Source: Bacteroidales bacterium (GTDB taxonomy: Bacteria > Bacteroidota > Bacteroidia > Bacteroidales > VadinHA17). From it: DNA of 64,000 nucleotides. The stretch is taken from the NCBI GenBank assembly GCA_029210565.1, contig JARGFQ010000010.1:2252-66251 (forward strand), in the 5' to 3' direction. The translations under genes were made by a program, and so were the position numbers. Positions 45,606 through 54,529 of the stretch are shown here, in pieces (positions within the stretch are counted from its first letter, which is position 1; every line of letters begins with the position of its first letter). Under the pieces are notes generated by a model, which saw nothing but the letters and a program-made list of their open reading frames with translations, searched no databases and was not told the origin of the DNA.

Positions 45606-46208
45606 ATGGAAGATATAGGCAGTCTCATTTTTTATGTCCTACTGGCGATAATTGCCATTGCCGGTTCAGTGCAGAGCAGCAGGAAAAAGAAGGCCTCGGC
45701 AGGGAAGGCGTTTCCGCCCAAGCCTGCCACCACGGTCAGAGGCGAATCCCGGCCGGCGGCCCAACCGCAGCCGAGGCCACAGTACAAGCCAATTGAGCCT
45801 CTCAATGAAGGCAGCTATGAGGAACCCAGGGCAGCCCAGTTTGCCGGAGAGGGATCATCGGCCACCACCATGGCTGAGGCCTTCGCCTCCGAGGGGTCTT
45901 TGTCGCGAAACAAGGCAGCAGCCTTCGCCTCCGAGGGGTCTTTGTCGCGAAACAAGGCAGCAGCCTTCGCCTCCGAGGGGTCTTTGTCGCGAAACAGGGC
46001 AGCAGACTTCGCCAATGAGGGAGTGTCGGCACTGGCCGATCTTTCCCAACAGGACTTTGTCCATACTGAGATCTCTGACAGCGAGATAGGCGATGCCCCG
46101 GAGTATGATTACAATGCCGCAATCCTGGATGACCTCATTGACGGGTTTGACCTGAGAAAGGCTGTTATTTATTCGGCCTTGCTCGACAGAAAAGAGTACA
46201 CAATCTGA
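45606..46208 (+). CDS. hypothetical N-terminally anchored protein with 3 perfect or near-perfect 14-aa repeats
   Basis: TM helix IGSLIFYVLLAIIAIAG. Repeats AFASEGSLSRNKAA x3. Conserved-looking C-terminus DLRKAVIYSALLDRKEY. Confidence 0.5.
   Translation: MEDIGSLIFYVLLAIIAIAGSVQSSRKKKASAGKAFPPKPATTVRGESRPAAQPQPRPQYKPIEPLNEGSYEEPRAAQFAGEGSSATTMAEAFASEGSLSRNKAAAFASEGSLSRNKAAAFASEGSLSRNRAADFANEGVSALADLSQQDFVHTEISDSEIGDAPEYDYNAAILDDLIDGFDLRKAVIYSALLDRKEYTI
45879..46004 (+). repeat. three tandem 42-nt in-frame repeats (two identical, third with 1 substitution)
   Basis: GCCTTCGCCTCCGAGGGGTCTTTGTCGCGAAACAAGGCAGCA at 45879, 45921 and 45963. A diverged partial fourth unit follows. Confidence 0.9.
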
Positions 46209-46330
46209 TAATTAGATAATTACAAAAGCCATTCTTTTTGGATTTAATTTAAAAATTTATTATATTTGTTCTTTGAAGAGTTCCGGTAGTGCCGGGATTC
46301 TTCTTATTTTTTAACCTATTACAGTAAATT

Positions 46331-46801
46331 ATGTCGGAATTTGTCTATGTAACAGAGGAGGGCCTTCAGAAGATGAAGGAGGAACTTGATCTGCTCCGTA
46401 ATGAAAGGCCGGCTATTGCGAGACTGATCTCAGAGGCACGTGACAAGGGTGATCTTTCAGAGAATGCCGAATACTCAGCTGCCAAGGAGGCTCAGGGGAT
46501 GCTTGAGATGAAGATAGCGCGCCTGGAGGACCAGGTGGCGAGATCACGCATCATTGACAGCTCACGGATCAACACCAAGACGGTGCAGATCCTGAACAGG
46601 GTCAGAATCCGCAACAAAGCCAACGGAACAGTAATGGAGTACCAGCTTGTGCCTGAGACTGAGGCGAACCTCAAGGAGGGCAAGATAGCAGCTACCTCAC
46701 CCATTGCGCAGGGCATCATGGGGAAAAAGGTGGGTGATATCGTGCAGGTCACGGTACCTGCCGGTGTCATACCTTTTGAGATAGAAGAAATATCAATCTG
46801 A
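46331..46801 (+). CDS. greA: transcription elongation factor GreA
   Basis: 156 aa. DLSENAEYSAAKEAQ motif in the coiled-coil, plus the C-terminal FKBP-like domain. Confidence 0.9.
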   Translation: MSEFVYVTEEGLQKMKEELDLLRNERPAIARLISEARDKGDLSENAEYSAAKEAQGMLEMKIARLEDQVARSRIIDSSRINTKTVQILNRVRIRNKANGTVMEYQLVPETEANLKEGKIAATSPIAQGIMGKKVGDIVQVTVPAGVIPFEIEEISI

Positions 46802-46817
46802 AAAATCAACCAGGAAA

Positions 46818-47216
46818 ATGGCATCAATATTTACACGGATCATCAACGGTGAGATACCTTGCTACAGGGTCGCCGAAGATGAACGCTTTATTGCCTTTCT
46901 TGATGTCAGGCCGCTGAAGCCCGGCCATACCCTTGTGGTACCCAAGAAAGAGGTTGACTATATTTTTGATCTTGATCCGGAAACACTATCCGGCCTGACG
47001 CTCTTCGCACAGAAAGTGGCCGTGGCAATGAAGGAGGTGATAGAGTGCAACCGTATAGGGGTAGCAGTGCTCGGGCTGGAGGTGCCTCATGCCCATGTGC
47101 ACCTGGTACCAATAACAGAGGAGAGCGATCTTCGCTTCAGCAACCCGCGTGTCTCACCCTCACCGGAGGAGAATGAGCGGCTTGCCAGGGCCATAGGAGA
47201 GAGAGTGAGACTCTGA
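46818..47216 (+). CDS. HIT-family (histidine triad) protein
   Basis: IFTRIINGEIP at the N-terminus and the histidine triad PHAHVHLVP. Confidence 0.9.
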   Translation: MASIFTRIINGEIPCYRVAEDERFIAFLDVRPLKPGHTLVVPKKEVDYIFDLDPETLSGLTLFAQKVAVAMKEVIECNRIGVAVLGLEVPHAHVHLVPITEESDLRFSNPRVSPSPEENERLARAIGERVRL

Positions 47217-47237
47217 AAAGAGAAGTATAGGAAGATG

Positions 47238-47275
47238 AAAAAAAAGCCCCTGTCATACCGACGGGGGCTTTTTTT
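47238..47275. terminator. bidirectional rho-independent terminator between the HIT gene and the convergent Cys-rich gene
   Basis: AAAAAAAAGCCCC - 13-nt loop - GGGGCTTTTTTT. A GC stem flanked by an A-run and a T-run, so it works on both strands. Confidence 0.8.
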
Positions 47276-47292
47276 AAATCTGTCAGCAGAAA

Positions 47293-47637
47293 TCACTTCT
47301 TGCCAGGGCAGCAGGGAGCGGTAGTGCCTTCACCCTTGCCTGCAGGGATTACCTCAGCCTCAGTTCCGGCGCATCCTGCTGCCGAGGGGCACTTCGAGCA
47401 ATCCTTGCCTGCAGCAGTGGTGGCGCAGTCGGCCTTTGCATCAGCTGCCTTGCTCTCTTTCTTGCAGGCATCTGCTGTTGAACCGCATATGTCACACTTG
47501 CCGTCCGTGTTTTTGTCGACAAAAGTACACTCTTTCTTAGTGTGCTTCTTCTCCTTATCGGTAGTCTGGGCGTAAACGCCCGCAGCCACAACCATCAGTG
47601 CGATGAGTATCAGGCTGCCGATCATCCATTTCTTCAT
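47293..47637 (-). CDS. hypothetical small secreted Cys-rich protein
   Basis: Internal ATG at 47637 gives the signal peptide MKKWMIGSLILIALMVVAAGVYAQ. The mature ~90 aa contain 10 Cys (CDIC, CSKC, CC). Confidence 0.5.
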   Translation of the reverse strand: MKKWMIGSLILIALMVVAAGVYAQTTDKEKKHTKKECTFVDKNTDGKCDICGSTADACKKESKAADAKADCATTAAGKDCSKCPSAAGCAGTEAEVIPAGKGEGTTAPCCPGKK

Positions 47638-47744
47638 GTAGTTGTCAATTGGTTTAAATAATAACGTAGGCAAAGTAAGTAAATTTCCGTCATAAAGCCA
47701 TTTTATTGTATTTATCATATCTTTGAAATGCTTCTCGCTGTGAA

Positions 47745-48455
47745 GTGTTTCAGTTAAAAGATATTGGTGACGACTTTCTGAGTCTGTTTCTGCCGAGGCT
47801 GTGCCTCGGATGCAGGGCACATCTTGTCAGGGGCGAGCAGGTCCTCTGCACCGGGTGTCTCCTCTCTATGGCCATGACCGGATTTCATCTGCAGCAGGGG
47901 AACATGCTTGAGCAGGCATTCTGGGGTAGGTGTCTCATCGAGCGGGCGGCAGCCTTTTCGGTCTATAACAGGGGAAGCCGCATCAGGAAGATGATCCATG
48001 CGCTTAAATATGAGGGCAGGACTGATATAGGCAGATGCCTTGGAGAACTCTACGGGTCGATCCTTGCGGAGAGCGGTTTCATGGAGGGCATCGACATGAT
48101 CATCCCTGTACCGTTGCACAGGAGCAGGCAGCGGAGCAGGGGCTACAACCAGAGTGAATGTATTGCCGCCGGTCTGGCGGCGGCAACAGGGGTGCCATCA
48201 AGAAAAGACCTGCTCCTCCGCATCTCTCAGTCAGGCTCGCAGACAAAGCACGGGAGGTACGGGAGGTGGGAGAATGTTCAGGGGCTGTTCAGGGCGGTAA
48301 AGCCCGAACAGATAGATGGCAGGCATATGCTGCTGGTTGATGATGTCATCACCACCGGCTCTACCGTTGAGGCATGTGTCAACGCAGTGCATGAGGCAGG
48401 TGATGTGAAGGTCAGCGTTGTGGCGCTGGCGGTGGCACAGAAGCTCACCCTTTGA
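47745..48455 (+). CDS. ComF-family phosphoribosyltransferase-domain protein
   Basis: GTG start. N-terminal CLGC...CTGC zinc-finger-like pairs. PRTase motif LLVDDVITTGST. Confidence 0.8.
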   Translation: MFQLKDIGDDFLSLFLPRLCLGCRAHLVRGEQVLCTGCLLSMAMTGFHLQQGNMLEQAFWGRCLIERAAAFSVYNRGSRIRKMIHALKYEGRTDIGRCLGELYGSILAESGFMEGIDMIIPVPLHRSRQRSRGYNQSECIAAGLAAATGVPSRKDLLLRISQSGSQTKHGRYGRWENVQGLFRAVKPEQIDGRHMLLVDDVITTGSTVEACVNAVHEAGDVKVSVVALAVAQKLTL

Positions 48456-49008
48456 GCCGGTCGCTGTTCTTCTTCAGGTAATCGCCCCAGTTTCTGTACT
48501 CTTTTGCCGCTGCAGGTCTGCTGCTCTGGTAGAAATGGCAGAGGGCAGCCCCCAGGGCGTCGGTGGCGTCAAGGATCATCTTTTCGCTGCGGAAGGAGAG
48601 CAGGGTGCTGAGCATGGTTGACACCTGCTCCTTGCTCGCCTGTCCCCGGCCCGTGATTGACATCTTGATCATCCTCGGGGCATACTCAAAGACAGGGAGA
48701 TCACGATAGAGTGCGGCAGATATGGCCGCACCCTGCGCCCTGCCAAGCTTCAGCATGCTCTGCACGTTCTTGCCGTAGAAGGGTGCTTCTATGGCAAATT
48801 CGTCAGGATGATACTGGTCAATAAGCTTCAGTGTCTCCTCAAAGATGTGACGTATCTTCCTGAAGTGATCCTCTTTCTTGCGCAGGTCAATGATACCTAG
48901 TGTGATGAGAGAAGGCGTTCTACCGGTCACACGTATCAGGCCATAGCCTGTCACGGTAGTACCGGGGTCTATGCCCAGGATGATCTTCTCGTCTTCAGCT
49001 TTAGTCAC
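48445..49008 (-). CDS. ruvC: crossover junction endodeoxyribonuclease RuvC
   Basis: ILGIDPGTTVTGYG at the N-terminus and 187 aa in length. Converges on the ComF-like gene with an 11-bp overlap. Confidence 0.9.
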   Translation of the reverse strand: MTKAEDEKIILGIDPGTTVTGYGLIRVTGRTPSLITLGIIDLRKKEDHFRKIRHIFEETLKLIDQYHPDEFAIEAPFYGKNVQSMLKLGRAQGAAISAALYRDLPVFEYAPRMIKMSITGRGQASKEQVSTMLSTLLSFRSEKMILDATDALGAALCHFYQSSRPAAAKEYRNWGDYLKKNSDRLKG

Positions 49009-50342
49009 TTCAGAAACAGGTGGCTGGGATCACGAAAAAGCTCTTTCGGGAGCTGGTCACCCTCTGAAAATATGCGGCTGCGGGTGAAGGGAACGGCTGT
49101 CTCCGCCTTCCTGCCCTCAAGAAATGCTACCGCTGCGGCCAGTGATGCCTCCTCAGGATCACCGAAGTCGCGGGTGATGTCATCTATAGCTTTTATATCC
49201 GGAGCCATGCCGTCATAGAAACGACCCTCACCCAATGAATTCAGATATTCAAAGGTGATGGGGAAGAAGACGTATTTATAATCAGGATTGGGATTCGTCT
49301 GTGAGGGGAAGGGAAACCCGAATCCGTCCATCCCGGTAGGCTTGCCGTGGGTTGTGTCCCCGACGATTGCGACCTCGATATACGGTTTCAGGCTGTTTAT
49401 AACCACCTCGCTGGCAGATGCCGAGCTTCTGGTGGTTATGAATACCACCCGGTCGAGACCGAGAGGATTGCTCGTTCTGACGAAATTATAGCTCTGATCC
49501 CAGTCAGGTCCGACGAGGTCGTTGTATTTGAGAGAATAGCACAGTTTGGTAGTGTCGGCAGCCTCCATCACCAGGCTGGAAAGCTGCTCGGCTATGCTCA
49601 TGAAGCCTCCGGTGTTGTAACGGAGGTCTATGATGAGGTCGGTGATGCCCGCGGATTTAAAATCGGCAAAGACGTTGTTCAGCTCCTGCTCTGAAGGTTC
49701 TATGAATGTGTCGAATGCAAAGTAGCCGGTCTTTCCGCTTGTCAGGTCAAAAATCTTTGGCGATGACACCGAGTTGATGGTGAAAGTGGCCTTGGTGGAG
49801 CTGTAGGTCACCTGTGTATCGTCAGGTCTTTCAAAGGTAAAACTGTTTGTCACCCCTGCCGTTGACGGACCCATGAGCGCAGTGTAGGCCGCATCGTCTC
49901 CCGAGATGAAGATAGGTGCAACGGGTGTGCCGTTGACTGCTTTCACTATCCATCCACGGCGTACTCCGCCGGGCCATAGGTCAGAGCCGGTATAGAGGCT
50001 TACCACCCTTACGTTGTTTTCACTGTCGAGTCCCATCCTTATGCCGTGGCCGACAAATGTCCCTGCCCTCATTGCCAGGTAATCCTCCCAGCTGACGACG
50101 AAACTCCACCTGTCCCTTGGCTTGTAACGGATTGCATCAAGTATCTCATCCGGCCCGGGATAGTCGGTTACCTTGACGGTGGGGATGTAGTTGTACCACA
50201 GGTATACGGTCTGCATAAGGTCGTAAAGGCCGTCACGGGCCCTCTCCTCTATAGTGTATTCATCAACGGGATCGGGTGGGTCTTTTTTGCATCCCGCAAG
50301 GAGTGGAATTATAAGTGCTGTGAAAAGAAGTATCTTTTTCAT
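49005..50342 (-). CDS. S41-family (tail-specific-like) peptidase lipoprotein
   Basis: Lipoprotein signal MKKILLFTALIIPLLAGC. PDZ-like region. DLIIDLRYNTGG and the SASASE region. Confidence 0.75.
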   Translation of the reverse strand: MKKILLFTALIIPLLAGCKKDPPDPVDEYTIEERARDGLYDLMQTVYLWYNYIPTVKVTDYPGPDEILDAIRYKPRDRWSFVVSWEDYLAMRAGTFVGHGIRMGLDSENNVRVVSLYTGSDLWPGGVRRGWIVKAVNGTPVAPIFISGDDAAYTALMGPSTAGVTNSFTFERPDDTQVTYSSTKATFTINSVSSPKIFDLTSGKTGYFAFDTFIEPSEQELNNVFADFKSAGITDLIIDLRYNTGGFMSIAEQLSSLVMEAADTTKLCYSLKYNDLVGPDWDQSYNFVRTSNPLGLDRVVFITTRSSASASEVVINSLKPYIEVAIVGDTTHGKPTGMDGFGFPFPSQTNPNPDYKYVFFPITFEYLNSLGEGRFYDGMAPDIKAIDDITRDFGDPEEASLAAAVAFLEGRKAETAVPFTRSRIFSEGDQLPKELFRDPSHLFLK

Positions 50343-50516
50343 TTTATGTTTCGGTTTACGGACAAAAGTAACAAAAAATATGCCGCTATTGTTGTACCTC
50401 ACTGCCGCTGATCCGGTTCAAGGGGCTGTCGTGGAGCAGTTGAAGGTCCGGAATTACTTTTATGTCTTTCTGCCGTGGCCGGCACATCTCGCTGCCGATG
50501 ATGAGGAGCGGGTCTG

Positions 50517-51410
50517 TCATTGTTGCTGTGTCTCTCTTCCGCTATTCTGGTATATCACGCTGCCGATGATGAGAAGCAGACCCACGATAGTGGTATAATA
50601 GACAGGTTCGTCGATGATGAAATGCAGGAGCACTAATGATATGAAGGGTGCAAAATAGACCATGTTACTGATTTTGTCAGTGGTCTCTGCCATCTGAAGG
50701 GCTTTGAGCCACATCCAGAAGGTGATGCCCATCTCAAAGAGACCGCACCAGGCAGATGCTGCCACCCCTTTCAGGCTCAGTGTCTCACTGAAGGATCCTG
50801 TTGCGAGCAAGATGAGAGCCATATATACTGTTCCGAAGAGGAAGTTAGTAAAGAGCTTCACCGCCTCATCACGGCGGTCGCGTACATTCAGGATAAAATA
50901 GAGGGCCCAGAGCACGCTGCTTGCCAGTGCCAGCAGTACTCCGGCGGTATCTGATCTGCCGGGGTGCAGGGGGGCTCCCTGTGACGAAATGATATAAACC
51001 CCGGCCAGGCTGATGAAGAGCGCTGCAAAGCTGCGTGCCGGTATTCGCTGATGCAACAGCGAGATAGAGAAGAAGACCAGGATGATGGGCCAGATCATGT
51101 TTATGGGCTGTGCCACCTGCCCCGGCAGCCGGCTGTATGCTGTCAGCAGTATGAGATAATATGCAACGGGAACGATAAGTCCGAGAAGAGCTGACCAGAG
51201 GAGGTCCCTGCCGGTCATGAGTCGCAGCAGCTTCAGCTTCCCGGTGGCGACGACGATGACGAAGAGTACCAGCAGTGACACCAGGGAGGTAATCAAAAGC
51301 ATAGTCACAATGCTCAGCTCTGCCAGTGCTATCTTGAAGGCGGTGGGAATGGTGCCCCACATGAAAACTGAAAGAGCGGCATACAGGTATGCCCGCGAGC
51401 TCTTTTTCAT
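50517..51410 (-). CDS. DMT superfamily (EamA-like) transporter
   Basis: About 10 TM helices in two EamA-like halves. 297 aa. Confidence 0.8.
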   Translation of the reverse strand: MKKSSRAYLYAALSVFMWGTIPTAFKIALAELSIVTMLLITSLVSLLVLFVIVVATGKLKLLRLMTGRDLLWSALLGLIVPVAYYLILLTAYSRLPGQVAQPINMIWPIILVFFSISLLHQRIPARSFAALFISLAGVYIISSQGAPLHPGRSDTAGVLLALASSVLWALYFILNVRDRRDEAVKLFTNFLFGTVYMALILLATGSFSETLSLKGVAASAWCGLFEMGITFWMWLKALQMAETTDKISNMVYFAPFISLVLLHFIIDEPVYYTTIVGLLLIIGSVIYQNSGRETQQQ

Positions 51411-52690
51411 GTGGGGCAGCTTATCAGCTCAAAGCCCGTATAGGGCACGAGCACCGCTGGTATTCTGATGCCATCAGGGGTCTGGTTGTTCTCCAGCAGG
51501 GCGGCAACGATACGCGGGAGTGCCAGGGCACTGCCATTGAGGGTGTGGCAGAGGGTAGTCTGCTTTGCACCCTTCTCCCTATAGCGGCAGCGGAGCCTGT
51601 TGGCCTGGAACGCTTCAAAGTTGGATGTTGAACTCACCTCCAGCCAGCGCTGCTGTGCTGCGGAAAAGACCTCGAAATCATATGTCATGGCCGAGGTAAA
51701 CGAAATGTCGCCGCCGCAGAGCCTCACGATACGGTAGGGCAGCCCGAGCTTCATAAGGAGGCCCTCGACATGGGTCACCATCTCCTCAAGCGCTTCGTAG
51801 GAGCTGTCGGGATGGGCTATCTGCACAATCTCCACCTTGTCGAACTGGTGCAGCCTGTTCAGTCCCCTTACGTGCGACCCCCACGATCCGGCCTCACGGC
51901 GGAAGCAGGGGGTGTAACCTATGTTTCGGATAGGAAGATCGGATGCATCAAGGATCACATCACGGTAGATATTGGTGATCGGCACCTCAGCTGTGGGTAT
52001 CAGGTATAGATTGTCAATGCCGACGTGATACATCTGGCCCTCCTTGTCAGGCAGCTGCCCGGTGCCGAAGCCTGAGTCCTCATTCACAACGATGGGTGGT
52101 TCTATCTCCCGGTAGCCGGCCTTCTCCCCCTCGTCGAGGAAGAAGTTGACCAGGGCGCGCTGCAGCCTGGCACCTTTGCCCTTATATACCGGAAAGCCTG
52201 CACCGGTGATCTTTATCCCGAGATCGAAGTCGATGATGTCATATCTCTTTATCAGATCCCAGTGAGGCGCTGCTCCGTCAAAGAGTTCGGGCAGTGTCCC
52301 TCCGCTGCGTACCGTGACGTTATCTTCTGCAGTTTTACCTGCTGGCACCAGTGGATGGGGCAGGTTGGGGAGCCTGATCAGTTCATCCTGCATCGCGCGG
52401 CTCACCTCGTCGAGGCTCTCCGAGAGCTGTTTCTGATTCTCCTTCAGCTTACTGATGCCACTCTTTGCAGTCTCAGCCTCATTCTTCCTCCCCTCCTTCA
52501 TCATTGAGCCTATCTCTCTCGAGAGGTTGTTAAGCTCAGCCTGAACGGCATCGTTTTCAGCCTGCAGCTCGCGGCGGCGACGGTCAAGATCAAGCACCGT
52601 GCTGACGATGCCGGCAGCATCAAAATTCTTTATCTTCAGCCTCTCTACGACTGCATCCGGTTGTTCCCTGATAAGGTTTATTGTAAGCAT
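51407..52690 (-). CDS. serS: serine--tRNA ligase
   Basis: Start at MLTINLIREQP. N-terminal coiled-coil arm. Class II motifs FRREAGS, and GSALALPRIVAALLENNQ near the C-terminus. Confidence 0.9.
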   Translation of the reverse strand: MLTINLIREQPDAVVERLKIKNFDAAGIVSTVLDLDRRRRELQAENDAVQAELNNLSREIGSMMKEGRKNEAETAKSGISKLKENQKQLSESLDEVSRAMQDELIRLPNLPHPLVPAGKTAEDNVTVRSGGTLPELFDGAAPHWDLIKRYDIIDFDLGIKITGAGFPVYKGKGARLQRALVNFFLDEGEKAGYREIEPPIVVNEDSGFGTGQLPDKEGQMYHVGIDNLYLIPTAEVPITNIYRDVILDASDLPIRNIGYTPCFRREAGSWGSHVRGLNRLHQFDKVEIVQIAHPDSSYEALEEMVTHVEGLLMKLGLPYRIVRLCGGDISFTSAMTYDFEVFSAAQQRWLEVSSTSNFEAFQANRLRCRYREKGAKQTTLCHTLNGSALALPRIVAALLENNQTPDGIRIPAVLVPYTGFELISCPT

Positions 52691-52720
52691 CTCAACTTTG
52701 TTATGATAGTGCGGGAGGGA

Positions 52721-52728
52721 CAAATTTA
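52721..52728 (-). promoter_or_regulatory. -7 promoter box TAAATTTG for serS
   Basis: The reverse complement of CAAATTTA matches TAnnTTTG, 31 nt upstream of the serS ATG (52690). Confidence 0.45.
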
Positions 52729-52775
52729 AAAGAAAAACTCCTGAAAAAATACGCCAGTGCGTATATTTTCAGGAG
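52728..52775 (-). terminator. rho-independent terminator after rpmA
   Basis: A 17-bp near-perfect inverted repeat: CTCCTGAAAAAATACGC (52738..52754), loop CAGT, GCGTATATTTTCAGGAG (52759..52775). It is followed on the minus strand by TTTTTCTTTT. Confidence 0.75.
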
Positions 52776-52799
52776 TCTCTCTCTTACTCTGGCTCTCTC

Positions 52800-53060
52800 T
52801 TACTCTTCTGTAGGTTTTACCGAGACATAAGATTTGTCGTTACGCTTCTTCCTGAACTCCACCTTGCCGTCGACCAGGGCAAAGAGAGTGTGGTCCCTGC
52901 CGATGCCAACGTTCTCACCGGGGTTGTGCCTCGTGCCGCGCTGCCGCACGATAATGCTTCCGGCTTTGACTTCCTGTCCTCCGAAGAGCTTGACACCAAG
53001 CCTTTTGCTTTCTGAATCGCGGCCGTTGCGTGAACTGCCTACACCTTTCTTGTGTGCCAT
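52800..53060 (-). CDS. rpmA: 50S ribosomal protein L27
   Basis: [24 protein letters not shown]. Confidence 0.95.
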   Translation of the reverse strand: MAHKKGVGSSRNGRDSESKRLGVKLFGGQEVKAGSIIVRQRGTRHNPGENVGIGRDHTLFALVDGKVEFRKKRNDKSYVSVKPTEE

Positions 53061-53086
53061 ATCCTGATGTTTTTACTGTTTGCCTG

Positions 53087-53665
53087 TTATTTCTTTTCCG
53101 TTTTGCCGGCGCTCTTTGCGGGCGCTTTCTTCGCTGCAGGAGACTTCTTTACTGCAGGAGACTTCTTTACTGCGGGAGCCTTCTTTGCTGCGGGAGCCTT
53201 CTTTTCAGCGGGTTCCTTCTTTGCTGCCGGCTTTTTTGCAGGAGCCTTCTTTACCTCGCTCTTTACTTCGGCTTTTACCTCTTCGGCGACGGGGGTCTCA
53301 GCCTCCTTCTTCTCAGCCTTGGGAGCGGCCTGCTTCTTAATGCCTGACGGAGCTCCGATTCTCAGTATCTCTACCTCGGTGAAGTCCTGACGGTGCCCGT
53401 TTCTTTTCTGGTAGCCTTTTCTCCTCTTCTTCTTGAAGATGATCACCTTGTCTCCCCTGGGGTGAGCCACGACCCTGCCCTCCACGACGGTGTTGTCAAC
53501 GACCGGCTCACCAACAGTGACTGCACCGTCAGTGTCAAGGAGAAGAACCTTTTCAAACTCAATATTATCGCCTTCGGCTGCATCAAGACGGTGAACGAAG
53601 ATATTTCTTCCCTCTTCTACCTTGAACTGTTGCCCGGCAATTTCTACGATTGCGTACATTTTCAA
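53087..53665 (-). CDS. rplU: 50S ribosomal protein L21 with an ~88-aa Lys/Ala/Pro-rich C-terminal extension
   Basis: MYAIVEIAGQQFKVEEG...GHRQDFTEVEI is the L21 core (~104 aa). It is followed by KKQAAPKAEKKEAE...KKAPAAKKAPAVKKSPAVKKSPAAKKAPAKSAGKTEKK. Confidence 0.9.
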   Translation of the reverse strand: MKMYAIVEIAGQQFKVEEGRNIFVHRLDAAEGDNIEFEKVLLLDTDGAVTVGEPVVDNTVVEGRVVAHPRGDKVIIFKKKRRKGYQKRNGHRQDFTEVEILRIGAPSGIKKQAAPKAEKKEAETPVAEEVKAEVKSEVKKAPAKKPAAKKEPAEKKAPAAKKAPAVKKSPAVKKSPAAKKAPAKSAGKTEKK

Positions 53666-53752
53666 TCTCTCTTATGTTACTCCGTGAGGCGGACATGCTC
53701 CTCTGTGCATGACACTTCTGCGGGCCTCTCCGGATCTCTCTTTTTCGGACTG

Positions 53753-53760
53753 CAAAGATA
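53753..53760 (-). promoter_or_regulatory. -7 promoter box TATCTTTG for rplU-rpmA, implying a 5' leader of roughly 80 nt
   Basis: The reverse complement of CAAAGATA is TATCTTTG followed by CAG, the same extended box as upstream of ahcY. Confidence 0.5.
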
Positions 53761-53904
53761 TAAAAATAAACTAATCCGCAAACCGGGTCGATTAATTTAT
53801 CACCATGCAAGTGTGGATAAAAAAATGCCCCCCCGGGCCAATTAAAGAATCATAATATAATATATTTGTCGTAAAGGCCTGTCAGGCAGAAAATCTGGTA
53901 AACT

Positions 53905-54513
53905 ATGCAGAACAAGCTAATTCGTCTGAAGGTCATAGGCATCTCCTACAGTCAGACGCAGTCGGGAGCCTATGCACTCATACTGGCGGAAGAGAAAGGA
54001 GAAAGGCGGATACCAATCATCATCGGTGGTTTTGAGGCTCAGGCTATAGTCATAAAGCTTGAGAACCTGGAGCCTCCGAGGCCCCTGACACATGATCTTT
54101 TCAGGAGCTTCGCCATGGCATGCGGCGTCACCGTGGAACAGGTGCTTATCAACAAGCTGCGTGAGGGGATCTTTTATTCGGAGATAGTATGCACTGACGG
54201 CGAGAGGCGTTTCAGCATAGACTCACGCACATCCGATGCCGTAGCGCTGGCACTGAGGTTTGAATGCCCCATATTCATTGAGCCGCAGATACTCAACGAG
54301 GCCGGAATAGTCATGAGCGACACCGCCGAGGAGGAGGATAAGAAGAAGGCAGGAGAGGAAGCTGTCAAAAAGAGCCCTGCACCCCCGAATGAGTATGGTG
54401 AGTTCAGTGTCGAAGAGCTAAGGGGGATGCTCACCGAGGCCGTCAGCCGTGAGGATTATGAACAGGCTGCCGCAATACGTGATGAGCTTACCAGGAGAAA
54501 GGAAAAAGAATAA
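53905..54513 (+). CDS. bifunctional nuclease (DUF151/BFN) domain protein with C-terminal UVR motif
   Basis: GAYALILAEEKGERRIPIIIGGFEAQAI..PRPLTHDL. C-terminal EELRGMLTEAVSREDYEQAAAIRDEL. Confidence 0.8.
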   Translation: MQNKLIRLKVIGISYSQTQSGAYALILAEEKGERRIPIIIGGFEAQAIVIKLENLEPPRPLTHDLFRSFAMACGVTVEQVLINKLREGIFYSEIVCTDGERRFSIDSRTSDAVALALRFECPIFIEPQILNEAGIVMSDTAEEEDKKKAGEEAVKKSPAPPNEYGEFSVEELRGMLTEAVSREDYEQAAAIRDELTRRKEKE

Positions 54514-54529
54514 TAAATCACAAAACAGG

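Noticed and set aside
53030-53390. Three overlapping plus-strand ORFs (105, 112 and 86 aa) opposite the L21 tail
   Set aside because: These are artefacts of the repetitive GC-rich Lys/Ala/Pro coding sequence on the other strand. They read as poly-Phe/Leu/Ala/Cys nonsense.
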